A stretch of 61,333 nucleotides of DNA, counting the filler. It is 9 parts of 9 records of this genome, joined end to end, with 100 filler letters (N's around TTAATTAATTAA, not from the genome) between each part and the next. Parts side by side here need not be neighbours in the genome. Positions count along the whole stretch, not along the records: positions 45,501 to 54,276 come from SRR20825010_5667; positions 54,377 to 57,599 come from SRR20825010_5670; positions 57,700 to 61,333 come from SRR20825010_5672; 6 more parts are not named here. One strand, written 5' to 3'. The notes beneath the pieces are model-generated. The model ran no database searches. It was not told the DNA's origin and saw only the letters and a program-made list of their open reading frames with translations. Within the stretch, counting starts at the first letter, position 1. Every line of letters begins with the position of its first letter. A program made the translations under genes and the position numbers. Shown here piece by piece: positions 47,797 through 59,290 of this stretch.

Positions 47797-48000
47797 CTAT
47801 TTCGGGTTATCACCCTGCCTTCGGGAAACGGCCGCGAGAATTGCAAGTTTCTCCGCATTGCTCGCGGTTGACCAAACGCCGATCTCACCACGTGTGCGCA
47901 GACAGCCGATGCAATATATGCCGGTGTTATCCAGCTTGCAGGTGCCAACGCAGGGGCTTTCAACCTCGCCCCAGCTTTTTGCTGCGTCACTCACCGTCAA
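47797..48000 (-). CDS. DUF1289 family small Cys protein
   Basis: 'SPCVGTCKLD...CIGCLRT..EI..W'; TTG start overlaps the slyX stop. Confidence 0.85.
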   Translation of the reverse strand: MTVSDAAKSWGEVESPCVGTCKLDNTGIYCIGCLRTRGEIGVWSTASNAEKLAILAAVSRRQGDNPK

Positions 48001-48206
48001 TAGTGCGGCGGTGGTGGCTCAGACTTGCCGTCCCGCCCGCTATCTTCAAGCTGGACCACTTCAGCCTGCAGCTTCTCAAGCCGCCGCTTCAGCCGGTCAA
48101 TCTCACTCCACTGTGACGTCACCGTCTCATTAAGCGTATCAATGGTTTCCTGCATGAAAGCGAACCTGATCTCAAGGTCCGCAATCTGCTGTTCACTGTC
48201 CGTCAT
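47997..48206 (-). CDS. slyX: SlyX family protein
   Basis: 'LEIRFAFMQETIDTLN' and C-terminal 'PPPHY'. Confidence 0.9.
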   Translation of the reverse strand: MTDSEQQIADLEIRFAFMQETIDTLNETVTSQWSEIDRLKRRLEKLQAEVVQLEDSGRDGKSEPPPPHY

Positions 48207-48210
48207 TCGT

Positions 48211-50019
48211 TCAAGCCTTTGCCCGGTGATAGAGCTTTTCAAGCCGCTCACCATATAATTCACCAACAACATGCCGCCGGAGCTTCAGCGTTGGTGTCAG
48301 TTGCTCGTTTTCAATGGAAAAGGCTTCGTCTGCAATGATAAAACGCCGCACTTTCTCAAGATTAGAGAGCCGATGGTTGATGCGGCTAACGGCCGCGTCT
48401 ATCGCTTTGCGAAGGTCTGGGTCTGTATTGAGGTCAATACCGTCGAGGGTTTTGTCCTGATCCTTGGCCCAGCCCCGCAGCCATTCAGCGTCTGGCACGA
48501 TAAGCCCCACAAGGTGCGGTTTGCGGTCGCCATATACCATGGCCTGGGCAATCTCATCCTCAAGCGCAAGCATGCCCTCAATGCGTTGGGGCGAAACATT
48601 GTCCCCCTTGTCGTTGACGATAAGGTCCTTCTTACGGTCAGTGATCACCACATGCTGGTCTTCGTCAAACTTGCCGATGTCGCCTGTATGTAACCAGCCG
48701 TCCACAATGGTCTTGGCTGTGGCTTTGTCGTCCCGCCAATAGCCTTTCATCACCAGTTCGCCGCGAACTAGAATTTCGCCGTCTTCCGCGATTTTGACTT
48801 CCGTATTGGGGAAAACGGTGCCGACGCTATGCGCCTTGGGTGCCGCTGGCGGGTTTACGGATATAATAGGGCCGGATTCTGTTTGCCCATAACCTTGCAG
48901 GAGCGGCAGGCCAAGCGCCTCAAAAAAATATCCAACATCAGGAGCCAGCGGCGCGCCGCCAGAAACAAGCGCTTTGATGCGGCCACCAAACTGGTTGTTC
49001 ACCTTGCGGCGTACCGTCAGGCTCAGGAAAATATTCTCGATCTTTTCCTTGAAGTTGAGGCGTTCACCCTTGGCGATTTTGGTGCCAAGCTCAATGGCGC
49101 GGCCAAACAATTTGGCTTTGGTACCGCCTTCTTTCTCAATCGCCCGGCTGATGCGGGTGCGTAGCATCTCGAAAAGGCGCGGCACTACCACCATAACCGT
49201 GGGTTTGGCTTCCGCCATATTGGTGGCCAGTTTTTCAAGGCTTTCTGCGTACCATATCTCGGCACCGATGGTGAGCGGCCAACACTGGCCCGCTGTATGT
49301 TCATAGGCGTGGCTGAGCGGCAGGAACGACAGAAAGACATTATTGTCGAGCCCAAGCCCGCGAAAAATTTCAATCGCGCCCTCAGCATTATGCAGGATCG
49401 AGCCATGATGGGTTTTCACCCCCTTTGGTGCACCGCCGGTGCCACTGGTATAGATCAGGCACGCAATATCGTGGCGGGAAACGTCTTTTGCACGGCGGGC
49501 AAAGTGGGCAACGTCTGCTTCCTGGGCGCTAAGGACCTTGTCCCAGTGGTGCACTTCCACATTGACCTGTTGCTCGAGCTTTACTTCTTCAATGGTGATG
49601 GTGTGTTCAAGCTCGTCTGACTGGTGGGCCGCCTTGAGGAACGTGCGCGCGAGGGATTTGGTGGAGACAATCGCCGCTTTCGCGCCGCTGTTCTCAAGAA
49701 TATGCAAATGGTCGCGTGCGGTGTTGGTGACATAAGCCGGCACGGTGATAGCGCCAACGGCCATGATGGCGAAGTCCGCGATCAGCCATTCCGGGCGATT
49801 CTCGGAGATAATGACCACCCGGTCGCCTGCCACCACACCAAGGGCCTCAAGCGCTTTTGCAAGCTTGCTGACCTCTTCGGCGGTCTCTGTCCAGTTGCGG
49901 GAACGCCAAGCCCCGCCTGACTTGGCATAAAGCAATGGTTTGCTGGCCATCTTTGTCGCCTGATCAAAGAACATGGCCGTGAGGCTTTGCCAACGCGCAT
50001 CTGGCTGCGTGTTTTGCAT
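48211..50019 (-). CDS. Long-chain fatty acid-CoA ligase (AMP-binding)
   Basis: 'YTSGTGGAPKGV', 'LPLSH', 'GYGQTE', 'TGDIG' and 'LTPTLKLRR'. Confidence 0.93.
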   Translation of the reverse strand: MQNTQPDARWQSLTAMFFDQATKMASKPLLYAKSGGAWRSRNWTETAEEVSKLAKALEALGVVAGDRVVIISENRPEWLIADFAIMAVGAITVPAYVTNTARDHLHILENSGAKAAIVSTKSLARTFLKAAHQSDELEHTITIEEVKLEQQVNVEVHHWDKVLSAQEADVAHFARRAKDVSRHDIACLIYTSGTGGAPKGVKTHHGSILHNAEGAIEIFRGLGLDNNVFLSFLPLSHAYEHTAGQCWPLTIGAEIWYAESLEKLATNMAEAKPTVMVVVPRLFEMLRTRISRAIEKEGGTKAKLFGRAIELGTKIAKGERLNFKEKIENIFLSLTVRRKVNNQFGGRIKALVSGGAPLAPDVGYFFEALGLPLLQGYGQTESGPIISVNPPAAPKAHSVGTVFPNTEVKIAEDGEILVRGELVMKGYWRDDKATAKTIVDGWLHTGDIGKFDEDQHVVITDRKKDLIVNDKGDNVSPQRIEGMLALEDEIAQAMVYGDRKPHLVGLIVPDAEWLRGWAKDQDKTLDGIDLNTDPDLRKAIDAAVSRINHRLSNLEKVRRFIIADEAFSIENEQLTPTLKLRRHVVGELYGERLEKLYHRAKA

Positions 50020-50246
50020 GGTCCGAGTCTCCCTTACCTTCCCCGTAAAGATCAGTTCTTTTTGGCGCAAAAAGGATTTTGGAGCAAGCCGGAACACTTG
50101 GCAGCGCTGTCAAAACAGTATGTAGTGGGTGCCATGGAAAAAAGTTGTCTAATCCGGTTGATCTTTCTTGCAAGTGCTTTGGTGCGGTGCCATACCCGAC
50201 TTATGCGACACACGCTGACGCAGAACTCAGAAACGGTTTGTTGGCC

Positions 50247-51377
50247 ATGAACGGCGACGAAGAAAAAAACGCAGACCATAGCCCCTCGGACGCTAGCGTC
50301 CCAGACGACTTCTCGACCGCTCAACCCAGTGATGCCGACGAACGGCGCTTGCACTTGCGCGCGTTTGATTACTGGCTGCAGTTGAAAGCCGAAAACGCCT
50401 TCCCGCTTTTTAAAGACCTGACACCTCAAGGGCTTGCGCCTTTCAAGACCAACACCTTGTTGCTGGAATTCACATCATCAGGTGCTGTGGTGCGTTTTGC
50501 GGGTGATGATGTCAAAACCTTGATGAACGAACCTATCGGCCCCGGCGTTAGCCTGGAAGGTATACCTCAGTCAGCATTCGCAGGCGCGCTTCTTGGCCAG
50601 TTTGAAACAGATGACGGGCGGGAGCGCGCGGCAGAGTTTGAATTTGCTGAAGGTTCGCTGGACTGTCGCGGCATCATGTTGCCGTTCAGCCGAACGGGGC
50701 ACGCACCTCATTTTATTATGGTGGTGGTGAGCTATAGGGCGCCGGGCAACAAAGTTGAAGAGGCGGAGACCGCACAGGTTGCGCCAGAACTTGATGACCG
50801 ACTGGGCGCTTGTGAGCGCGCGGCAGGTCGTGTCGCGCACCTTGACGGTGGCGGACGCGATAATCTCTATCAGGCTCTTGCAGCCGCGCTTGCGCTGTAT
50901 GAAGAAGGTGAAAACGCACCGGACGCATATGACGCCCTTCTCAAGCGAAACAAGTTGCGCGCGCAAGACCGCGCACCCTTTACGCCCGTGCTGAAACTGA
51001 CGTTTGGCAAGGACTACGACAAAACGCGCCTGACGGAATATGCCTCCGCACTTGCGTTTGCCAGGCGGCAGGGCGAAACGTCTGAGAGCCTTGTGGCTTT
51101 TCTTAAGGCGCAGCCCGGCGGTATCAAGGGCTGTGTGAAAGCGGAACGCATGGCACGGCGCGGTGAAGTGGGGAATGCAGCCCACACCCGCCAGGATGAA
51201 GCGCGGGCGCACGCGCTTGGCGCCCCCGCTTTAACGCTGGATACTTTCAATTCAGATAGTGAGTTTTGCCTTGTGCTTGCACGCCGCAAAGACGGCGGCG
51301 GGCTTGAGGCAATCGGCGTGGCGGATGCCGGGCCGACAACGGTGGATACAATGGTTCGCCGTTTCAAAAAGAAATAA
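50247..51377 (+). CDS. Hypothetical protein with N-terminal PAS-like domain
   Basis: 'ERRLHLRAFDYW...P.F.D', 'RGIMLPFS' and a helical C-terminal domain 'LTFGKDYDKTRLTEYA'. Confidence 0.65.
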   Translation: MNGDEEKNADHSPSDASVPDDFSTAQPSDADERRLHLRAFDYWLQLKAENAFPLFKDLTPQGLAPFKTNTLLLEFTSSGAVVRFAGDDVKTLMNEPIGPGVSLEGIPQSAFAGALLGQFETDDGRERAAEFEFAEGSLDCRGIMLPFSRTGHAPHFIMVVVSYRAPGNKVEEAETAQVAPELDDRLGACERAAGRVAHLDGGGRDNLYQALAAALALYEEGENAPDAYDALLKRNKLRAQDRAPFTPVLKLTFGKDYDKTRLTEYASALAFARRQGETSESLVAFLKAQPGGIKGCVKAERMARRGEVGNAAHTRQDEARAHALGAPALTLDTFNSDSEFCLVLARRKDGGGLEAIGVADAGPTTVDTMVRRFKKK

Positions 51378-51423
51378 TCAAAAGAAAAGACCCCCAGTAT
51401 CAGGTTGTGAAGGGACCAAAACA

Positions 51424-54276
51424 GTGACCAGTGACGAGCAGTATAAGCAGATCATGGCGGCGATTAGCCGTTTCGCGATAGAGGCGATGTCAGGTGAAGA
51501 TTTCGAGGCGTTTGACAAGTTTCTGGGCCAGTTTTATGCGCAAGGTCCCGACGATCTTATGGCGGGTGATCCGGAGACGCTGTTTGCGGTTGCCCGCAGC
51601 ATGTGGCAGATGGCGGAAACTCGCCCTGTTGGCAAACCGCTGATCAAGATACTGAACCCACGTGGTGGGAAATCCGGTTGGTCTACAAAGCATACAGTTA
51701 TCCAGATCGTTAATGACGACATGCCGTTTCTGGTCGACTCGATCACCGGCTGTCTGGCCGTCACGCTGCATTCCCGTATCCATATGATGCACCACCCTAT
51801 CCTTACCCAGAACCGTGACGATAAAGGCAAGCGGGTCACCGGTGATAAGGGGACTGAGACAACCGAATCCTACATGTTCATCGAGATTGATGCGCAGTCT
51901 GACAAGGAGGTGCTCAAGGAAATCGAAGAGACACTCGCTGTCACGCTTGCTGATGTACGCGCCGCTGTGGGTGATTGGAAAGCCATGCTGGCGAAGATTG
52001 ACGAAACTGTTGCTTCGCTCACGGTCAACCCGCCGCCCATTGATCAGGAAGAGGTGGACGAAACCATCCGGTTGCTGCGCTGGCTTGGCGCAGACCATTT
52101 TACCTTCCTCGGATTCCGTGAATACCGCTTTGAAGGCGACCCATCCAAATTTGACTTCAATCGTGTTGAAGGGTCTGGTCTTGGTATCCTCCGCGACCCG
52201 TCACGAAATGTGCTGCGTGACAAGGAAGGGCTGACCCCGATGTCGCCGGAAATCAGGCACTTCCTCTCCGCGCCCGATCCGTTGATCATCACCAAAGCTA
52301 ACGTGAAATCCATGGTGCACCGCCAGTCGCACATGGACTATGTGGGTGTGAAAATCTTTGACGCGAATGGTGTTGCCGTAGGCGAACGCCGCTTTGTTGG
52401 TCTCTTCACATCACTTTCCTATCGCAAGTTTGCAACCGATGTGCCGATCATCCGCGGCAAGGTCGCAAATATCATGCAGCGTTCCCAGTTTGCACCGCGG
52501 TCATACGCCGCCAAAGCGCTCGCTCATATTCTGGAAGCCTTCCCGCGGGATGAGCTGTTCCAGGTGGGTGAGGACTGGTTGTTTGATACATCACTCGGTA
52601 TTCTGCAGTTGACAGAGCGCCCTCGCCCTCGGGCTTTTGTGCGCGCAGACCGGTTTGAGCGTTTTGTTTCTGCCATGGTGTATGTGCCGCGTGACAACTA
52701 CCACTCAGGCCTCAGGCAAGCGGTCGCCGATATTCTCTGCAAGTCCTATAATGGTGAAGTGTCGGTTTATTATGCGAACCTGACGGAAGAAGCGCTGGCG
52801 CGCTGGCATTTCATTATCCGCACCTTCCCCGGCAAAGTGCATAATCCGGACGTTGAAGATATCAACCGTGCGATTGCAGAAGCCGCGCAAGGCTGGGTGG
52901 ATCGGCTGCACGCTGAGCTTATCTCCCATCACGGCGAGGAGCGCGGCGGCGCCTTGCACCACCGGTACAAGAGCCGCTTCACAGTGGCCTACCGGGAAGC
53001 TTTCACGCCAGCACAGGCCGCCTATGACGTGCAGAAGCTGGAGGATGTTGCTGGTCAGGATGATGTGCGGGTTGATTTCTACCATCACCGTGAAGATGGC
53101 GATAATCGTTTCCGCCTCAAAATCTACCACGGCACCCAGCTGATCGCGCTGACGAACTGCATGCCGATCCTTGAGAACATGGGTTTCAAGGTGCTGTCGG
53201 AGCATTCCTATGAAGTTGAGGGTGTGACCACCAGTTATATCCATGATTTTTCGCTGGACCGGCCGGAAGGTACGCCTTTTGCGGTTGAGCGCCTGAAGCC
53301 GCTTATTGAAGAACTGTTTGTCAAGGTATGGCACAGCAAGGTGGAAAATGACGGCTTTAACGAACTGGTGATCACATCTGCCATGAGCTGGCAGGAAATC
53401 TTGATCCTGCGGGCGTACGGCAAATACCTGCGTCAGCTCGGTATGGGGTATACGCCAGATTATATCGCCGACAGCATGGTTGATAACGCCCAGATATCCG
53501 CCCAGCTTGTGGCGCTTTTCAAGGTGCAATTCGACCCGGCCTATGAAACCACAAACCGCGATACCATGGCGAATAATATTGTCACCGATATCCGCAGTCT
53601 GATGGATGCGGTGAACAGCCTTGATCATGACCGTATCATGCGCGCCTATAGGAATGTTATTCGCGCAACCATTCGTACAAACTTCTACCAACCCGGTGTG
53701 ATTGACGGGGTTGATGAGCGCGCCCTCGCGTTCAAGATTCGCTCCCGCGAAGTGGACGAAATGCCGCTGCCTAAACCGTTTGCCGAGATCTGGGTTTACA
53801 ACCCGCGCGTTGAAGGTGTGCACTTGCGCGGTGGGCCCGTGGCGCGCGGCGGCCTTCGCTGGTCTGACCGGCGTGAGGATTTCCGCACCGAAGTGCTTGG
53901 TCTCGTGAAAGCACAGCAGGTGAAAAATGCGGTGATTGTGCCTCAGGGCGCAAAAGGTGGCTTTTATCCAAAACAGCTACCCCCCATGAGCGACCGGGAA
54001 GCCTTCATGGCTGAAGGTATCGCGGCTTACCGCACGTTTATCTCCAGCCTTTTGTCGGTCACGGATAACCTTGTGGGCAACAAGGTAAAACCGCCGAAGG
54101 ATGTGGTGCGCCGCGATGGTGACGACCCTTACCTGGTTGTGGCGGCAGACAAAGGCACCGCAACATTCTCTGATATTTCAAACGGCATTTCTGTAGACCA
54201 GAAGTTCTGGCTTGGTGACGCCTTCGCAAGCGGCGGCTCCAACGGTTATGACCACAAGAAGATGGGCATTACCGCG
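51424..54276 (+). CDS. Large NAD-specific glutamate dehydrogenase, 3'-truncated
   Basis: 'DDMPFLVDS', 'RGGLRWSDRREDFRTEVLGL', 'VAADKGTATFSD' and 'GYDHKKMGITA'. Confidence 0.97.
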
Positions 54277-54376
54277 NNNNNNNNNNNNNNNNNNNNNNNN
54301 NNNNNNNNNNNNNNNNNNNNTTAATTAATTAANNNNNNNNNNNNNNNNNNNNNNNNNNNNNNNNNNNNNNNNNNNN
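54277..54376. other. Artificial contig spacer
   Basis: 44 N + TTAATTAATTAA + 44 N. Confidence 0.99.
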
Positions 54377-54377
54377 C

Positions 54378-55133
54378 ACCGCCTCGATCCTGTCCAAGAA
54401 GCTGGCCGCCGGGCTGCAGTCGCTGGTGCTGGACGTCAAGACCGGCTCGGGCGCCTTTATGAAGTCGAGGGCCGAGTCGCGCGCGCTGGCGCAGGCGCTG
54501 GTCAGCACCGCCAATGCGGCGGGCTGTCCGACGACCGCGCTGGTCACTGACATGACGCAGCCGCTGGCGTCGTCGCTGGGCAACGCGCTGGAGGTTGAAT
54601 CCTCGATGGCGGTTCTGACCGGGCAGGACAGCGGCCCGCTGCTGGAGTTGAGCGTCGCGCTGGGCGCGGAACTGTTGGCCACTGCCGGCATCGCCGACGG
54701 AGAGGCTAAGCTGCGCAAGGCGATCTCCTCGGGAGAGGCGGCAGAGCGGTTTGGCCGCATGGTCTATGCGCTGGGTGGGCCGCTTGCCTTTATCGACGAC
54801 TGGCGGCGGTTCCTGCCGGAGGCGACCGTGATTCTGGAAGTGCCCGCGCCAAGCGACGGGGTGGTGACGCAGATGGACGGCGAGGCGCTGGGGTTGGCAG
54901 TTGTCGATCTGGGCGGCGGACGCCGGGTTGAGAGCGATGTGGTGGACCCGGCGGTGGGCTTTTCCGACGTGGTGCGGCTGGGCGACAAGATCGCCAAGGG
55001 CCAACCGCTGCTGCGGGTCCATGCGGCGCGTGAGGAACAGGCCGCCGCCGCTGCGCAGGTGGTGCTGCAGTCCATCACGCTGGGGGAGGACGCCCCCGAC
55101 GCCGTGCCGCTGGTCATGGAGAGGATCACCTGA
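54378..55133 (+). CDS. deoA: Thymidine phosphorylase, 5'-truncated
   Basis: 'ASILSKKLAAG', 'LDVKTGSGAFM', 'GNALEV' and 'LGGGR'. Confidence 0.95.
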   Translation, partial: TASILSKKLAAGLQSLVLDVKTGSGAFMKSRAESRALAQALVSTANAAGCPTTALVTDMTQPLASSLGNALEVESSMAVLTGQDSGPLLELSVALGAELLATAGIADGEAKLRKAISSGEAAERFGRMVYALGGPLAFIDDWRRFLPEATVILEVPAPSDGVVTQMDGEALGLAVVDLGGGRRVESDVVDPAVGFSDVVRLGDKIAKGQPLLRVHAAREEQAAAAAQVVLQSITLGEDAPDAVPLVMERIT

Positions 55134-56335
55134 TGCGCGCCTTTCTGGTTGTGATGGATTCGGTCGGCATCGGCGGTGCGCCGGATGCTGATGCGTTTTT
55201 CAATGACGGGGTGCCCGACACCGGGGCCGACACGCTGGGCCATATCCTTGACGCCTGCGCCAAGGGCGCGGCAGAGGAGGGGCGCAGCGGCCCGTTGCAC
55301 CTGCCGACGCTAAGCGCGCTGGGCCTGTACCATGCCGCCGATCTGGCCTCGGGCGGGGCGCGCGCTGATGATACGGTGCCGATGGGGCGTTGGGGCGCGG
55401 CCACCGAGGTGTCCAAGGGCAAGGACACGCCGTCGGGGCATTGGGAACTAGCCGGTCTGCCGGTGCCGTGGGACTGGCATTATTTCCCCGACACCACGCC
55501 GGCCTTTCCCAAGGATTTGACAGATGAGGTCTGCCGGATTGCCGGTGTCGACGGCGTGCTGGCCAATTGCCACGGCTCTGGCACTGTGATGCTGGAGGAA
55601 TTCGGCGCAGAGCACATCCGCACTGGATTTCCGATCTGCTACACCTCTGCCGACAGCGTGTTCCAGATCGCCGCACATGAAGAACATTTTGGTCTGCAAC
55701 GGCTGCTGGATCTGTGTGAGGGGCTGGCCCCCACCCTGCACAAGATGAAGGTGGGGCGGGTGATTGCGCGTCCCTTTGTGGGCGAGCCGGGCAACTTCAC
55801 CCGCACCGGCAACCGGCATGACTATGCCATTACGCCGCCCGACCCGGTGCTGACCAACTGGGTGCAGGACGCAGGCCGCCGGGTCTATGCGGTGGGCAAG
55901 ATCGGCGACATCTTCACCATGACCGGCATCGACGAGGTGCGCAAAGGTGATGACGCCAACCTGATGGGCCACCTGTCGGACCTGATCGACGAGGCCGAGG
56001 ACGGCAGCCTGACCTTTGCCAATTTCGTTGAATTCGACAGCCTGTATGGCCACCGCCGCAACGTGTCGGGCTATGCGCGGCATCTGGAATGGTTCGACGC
56101 GCAACTGGCCGGGCTGTTGGCGCGTCTGCGTCCGGACGACATGTTGCTGATCACCGCGGACCACGGCAATGACCCGACATGGATCGGCACCGACCACACC
56201 CGCGAACGGGTGCCGGTTGTGGTGGCTGGCTGCGGTGAGGGGACGGTGGGGCAGATCGGATTTGCCGATGTCGCCGCCTCTATTGCTGCACATCTTGGCG
56301 TGCAATCGCACGGCCCCGGAAGGAGTTTCCTGTGA
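55133..56335 (+). CDS. deoB: Phosphopentomutase
   Basis: 'VMDSVGIG', 'GKDTPSGHWE', 'YTSADSVFQ' and 'TADHGNDP'. Confidence 0.97.
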   Translation: MRAFLVVMDSVGIGGAPDADAFFNDGVPDTGADTLGHILDACAKGAAEEGRSGPLHLPTLSALGLYHAADLASGGARADDTVPMGRWGAATEVSKGKDTPSGHWELAGLPVPWDWHYFPDTTPAFPKDLTDEVCRIAGVDGVLANCHGSGTVMLEEFGAEHIRTGFPICYTSADSVFQIAAHEEHFGLQRLLDLCEGLAPTLHKMKVGRVIARPFVGEPGNFTRTGNRHDYAITPPDPVLTNWVQDAGRRVYAVGKIGDIFTMTGIDEVRKGDDANLMGHLSDLIDEAEDGSLTFANFVEFDSLYGHRRNVSGYARHLEWFDAQLAGLLARLRPDDMLLITADHGNDPTWIGTDHTRERVPVVVAGCGEGTVGQIGFADVAASIAAHLGVQSHGPGRSFL

Positions 56336-57360
56336 TCGACCGCGACCCCATCACCGACGAAGACGAACTGCACCGCATCGCGAACCTGCCCAAGATCGAA
56401 TTGCACCTGCATTTCGAAGGCGCGGCACCGCCTGCCTTTATCCGGGGGCTGGCGAAGGAAAAGAAGGTCGATATCAGCGGGATCTTCAACGAGGACGGTT
56501 CATACGCCTACCGCGATTTCTGGCACTTTCTTGAGGTTTATGAGGCGGCGACATCGGTTCTGAAGACGCCCGAGGATTTCGCGCGGCTTTGTACAGCGTT
56601 GCTGGAGGAAAGCGCGCGCAACGGGGTGGTTTATTGTGAGACCTTCCTGAGCCCGGATTTCTGCGGCGGCGGCGATGTGACGGCGTGGCGCGAATACCTG
56701 CACGCGATCCGCGAGGCGGCGGATGCGGCAGAGCGCGACATGGGCATCACCCTGCGCGGCATCGTCACGCCGATCCGTCATTTTGGTCCGGAAAAGGCCA
56801 AGCGTGCCGCGCGCTGCGCGGCAGAGACAGCGGGCGACTGGATTGTCGGGCTGGGCATGGGCGGCGATGAGAAACAGGGGCGGCAACGCGACTTTGCCTA
56901 TAGTTTCGACATGGCGCGCGAGGCCGGTCTGCGGCTGACCAGCCATGCGGGCGAATGGCAGGGGCCGAGCGAGGTGCGCGAGGCGGTTGAGGATCTGGGT
57001 GTTGAACGCATCGGCCACGGGGTCCGCGCCATCGGCGATCTGGCGGTGGTCGACATGCTGATCGAGCGCGAGATCACGCTAGAGGTCTGCCCCGGTTCCA
57101 ACGTCTTTCTGGGCGTGTTCCCGTCGTTGAAAGAGCACCCGATTGAGCGTCTGCGCGAACGGGGCGTCCGGGTGACGGTGTCCACAGATGACCCACCGTT
57201 CTTTCACACCACCATGAAGGATGAGTACCTTGGCCTTGCCAAGGCGCACCGTTGGGACGAAGAGGTGTTCGCAATGATCAACCGCACCGCCCTCGACGCT
57301 GCATTCTGCGATGCGGCCACGCGTGAAGCGGTCCTGAAGAAACTGGAGCCCAGCGCATGA
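56332..57360 (+). CDS. add: Adenosine/adenine deaminase
   Basis: 'PKIELHLH', 'HAGE', 'RIGHG' and 'STDDP'. Confidence 0.92.
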   Translation: MIDRDPITDEDELHRIANLPKIELHLHFEGAAPPAFIRGLAKEKKVDISGIFNEDGSYAYRDFWHFLEVYEAATSVLKTPEDFARLCTALLEESARNGVVYCETFLSPDFCGGGDVTAWREYLHAIREAADAAERDMGITLRGIVTPIRHFGPEKAKRAARCAAETAGDWIVGLGMGGDEKQGRQRDFAYSFDMAREAGLRLTSHAGEWQGPSEVREAVEDLGVERIGHGVRAIGDLAVVDMLIEREITLEVCPGSNVFLGVFPSLKEHPIERLRERGVRVTVSTDDPPFFHTTMKDEYLGLAKAHRWDEEVFAMINRTALDAAFCDAATREAVLKKLEPSA

Positions 57361-57599
57361 GCAAGCACCTCACCGTCGTCGATCACCCCCTTGTCCAGCA
57401 CAAGCTGACCCTGATGCGGGAAAAAGACACCTCGACCGCCAGTTTCCGGCGGCTGTTGCGGGAAATCAGCCTGCTGCTGGCCTATGAGGTCACGCGCGAG
57501 ATGCAGATGACCACCAAGCGGATCGAAACGCCTCTGTGTGAGATGGACGCCCCGGTGATCGAGGGCAAAAAGCTGGCGCTGGTGTCGATCCTGCGGGCG
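57357..57599 (+). CDS. upp: Uracil phosphoribosyltransferase, 3'-truncated
   Basis: '[12 protein letters not shown]' and 'SILRA'. Confidence 0.95.
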
Positions 57600-57699
57600 N
57601 NNNNNNNNNNNNNNNNNNNNNNNNNNNNNNNNNNNNNNNNNNNTTAATTAATTAANNNNNNNNNNNNNNNNNNNNNNNNNNNNNNNNNNNNNNNNNNNN
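57600..57699. other. Artificial contig spacer
   Basis: 44 N + TTAATTAATTAA + 44 N. Confidence 0.99.
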
Positions 57700-59180
57700 A
57701 CATACCCCTCTAGCGAGCGGTCCTTGCGCCGCCGGGTCGACAGCCGCACCAGCAGATGTTCCAGACGCCCCTCGCGACTGACCTTGATCTCTTGCTGGGC
57801 CGTCTCCAGCCCGTCCTGCCGCAGCCGGTCAAACAGCGCGCCAAATTCCGGCACCGCAACCGTCATCGGCACCGAGCGGTGGGTTTCATGCCAGCCCAAC
57901 AGGCGTTCCGCCGAGCGGTTTACAAAAGTCACCTTGCCTTCGGCGTCCAGCCCCACAACACCGGAGGTGACAGAAGACAGCACAGAATCGAACAACCGTT
58001 GGCGGCGTTCGATCTGGCGGGTGTTTTCCAACAGCGTTTCACGCTGCGCCTTTAGCTGGCGGGTCATCTGGTTGAAGTAGCGCCCCAGCATCGAGATTTC
58101 GTCGTCGCCGTCCTCTTCCTTCACCTGCACGTCCAGATCGCCGGACCCGACTAGCTGTGCCGCGCCGGTCAGTCGCCCGACCGGACGGCTGAGCCGCTCG
58201 GCGAACCACAGGCCCGCCCAGGTCGCCGCAAGGATCAACAGCAGCGCAAAACCCAGATAGAGCAAGGCAAAGTCAAACAACTGCCTGCCCCGCTCGGTTT
58301 CCTGCTGCTGATAAAAACGCGCCGTTTCCTGCGTCTCATCCAGCAGGTTGAGGATTTGCCCATCCACCTGACGGCTGACATAAAGATAGCGGTCTGCAAA
58401 GGCTTCCAACGGCAGCAGCGCGCGGACCTCATTATTGTCCCAGTCGGGAATGACGGTCAGCCCCTCTGCATCGGCGCGCAGGAAATCCGCCGACGCGGGC
58501 TCTTCGAAATCGAAAAGATAGGACCGTTCGCCCCGCGCGCGAATATCGCCTTCGCTGTTGATCACATAGGCCTCGCGCAGGCCGCGCTGGATCTGGCCCT
58601 GCCCTTGGCTGAGAACCTGCCGCAACTCGCCATCGTCCATGACAAAGTTGCGGCGGCGGTTTTCGTCCAGAAAAGCCCCAAGCGCGCGCGCGTCCTGTAC
58701 CAGACCCGCGCGGGTTTCTGCTTCATAAGCCTCTGCCGCGGCAAGCGAGGCACCGACCACGTTCTGAACCCGGCTGGAAAACCACGTCTCCAGCCCGATG
58801 TTGATGGTCAGCACCGCAAAGACCGCCACGGTCACGGTCGGCAACAGCGCCATCATGGCAAAGGCCGCCGTCAGCCGCAGGTGCAGGCGAGAACCCGCCG
58901 ATTGCGCCCGCCGGTCGGCCACCATGCGCGCCACGCGGGCAAGAACCAGAGCCGCCAGCAACAAGACGTAGACCAGATCGGCCAGCAAAACGAGTCGCAG
59001 GCTGAACGCGGTTGCGCCCTGATCCAGCGGCCCCAGCACCAAGAAGGTGGCAATAGCCAGCACCGGCCCCAGCGCCACCAGCAACAGGGTGACGACGTTC
59101 TGAAACAACCGTGTCCGCCGCAGACGCGTAAACAGCGCCCAAGTCGGAGAACGGAACATAGAGCGTGCCCGCGTGGCCAC
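57700..59180 (-). CDS. ntrY: Sensor histidine kinase NtrY, 3'-truncated
   Basis: TM helices, 'AGSRLHLRL', HAMP ('FNQMT') and PAS; downstream of ntrC. Confidence 0.92.
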
Positions 59181-59290
59181 AGCCTACCCTCGTAAAAGTG
59201 CCACCTCTGGGGGACCAGACGACGGCAACCGCCAAACCTTGTGACCTTCTCACCACGCAGAGGCGGCGGGGTCACACATATGTGGCTCTT

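Noticed and set aside
54378-57599. deoA-deoB-add-upp as a novel system
   Set aside because: Ordinary nucleoside salvage operon.
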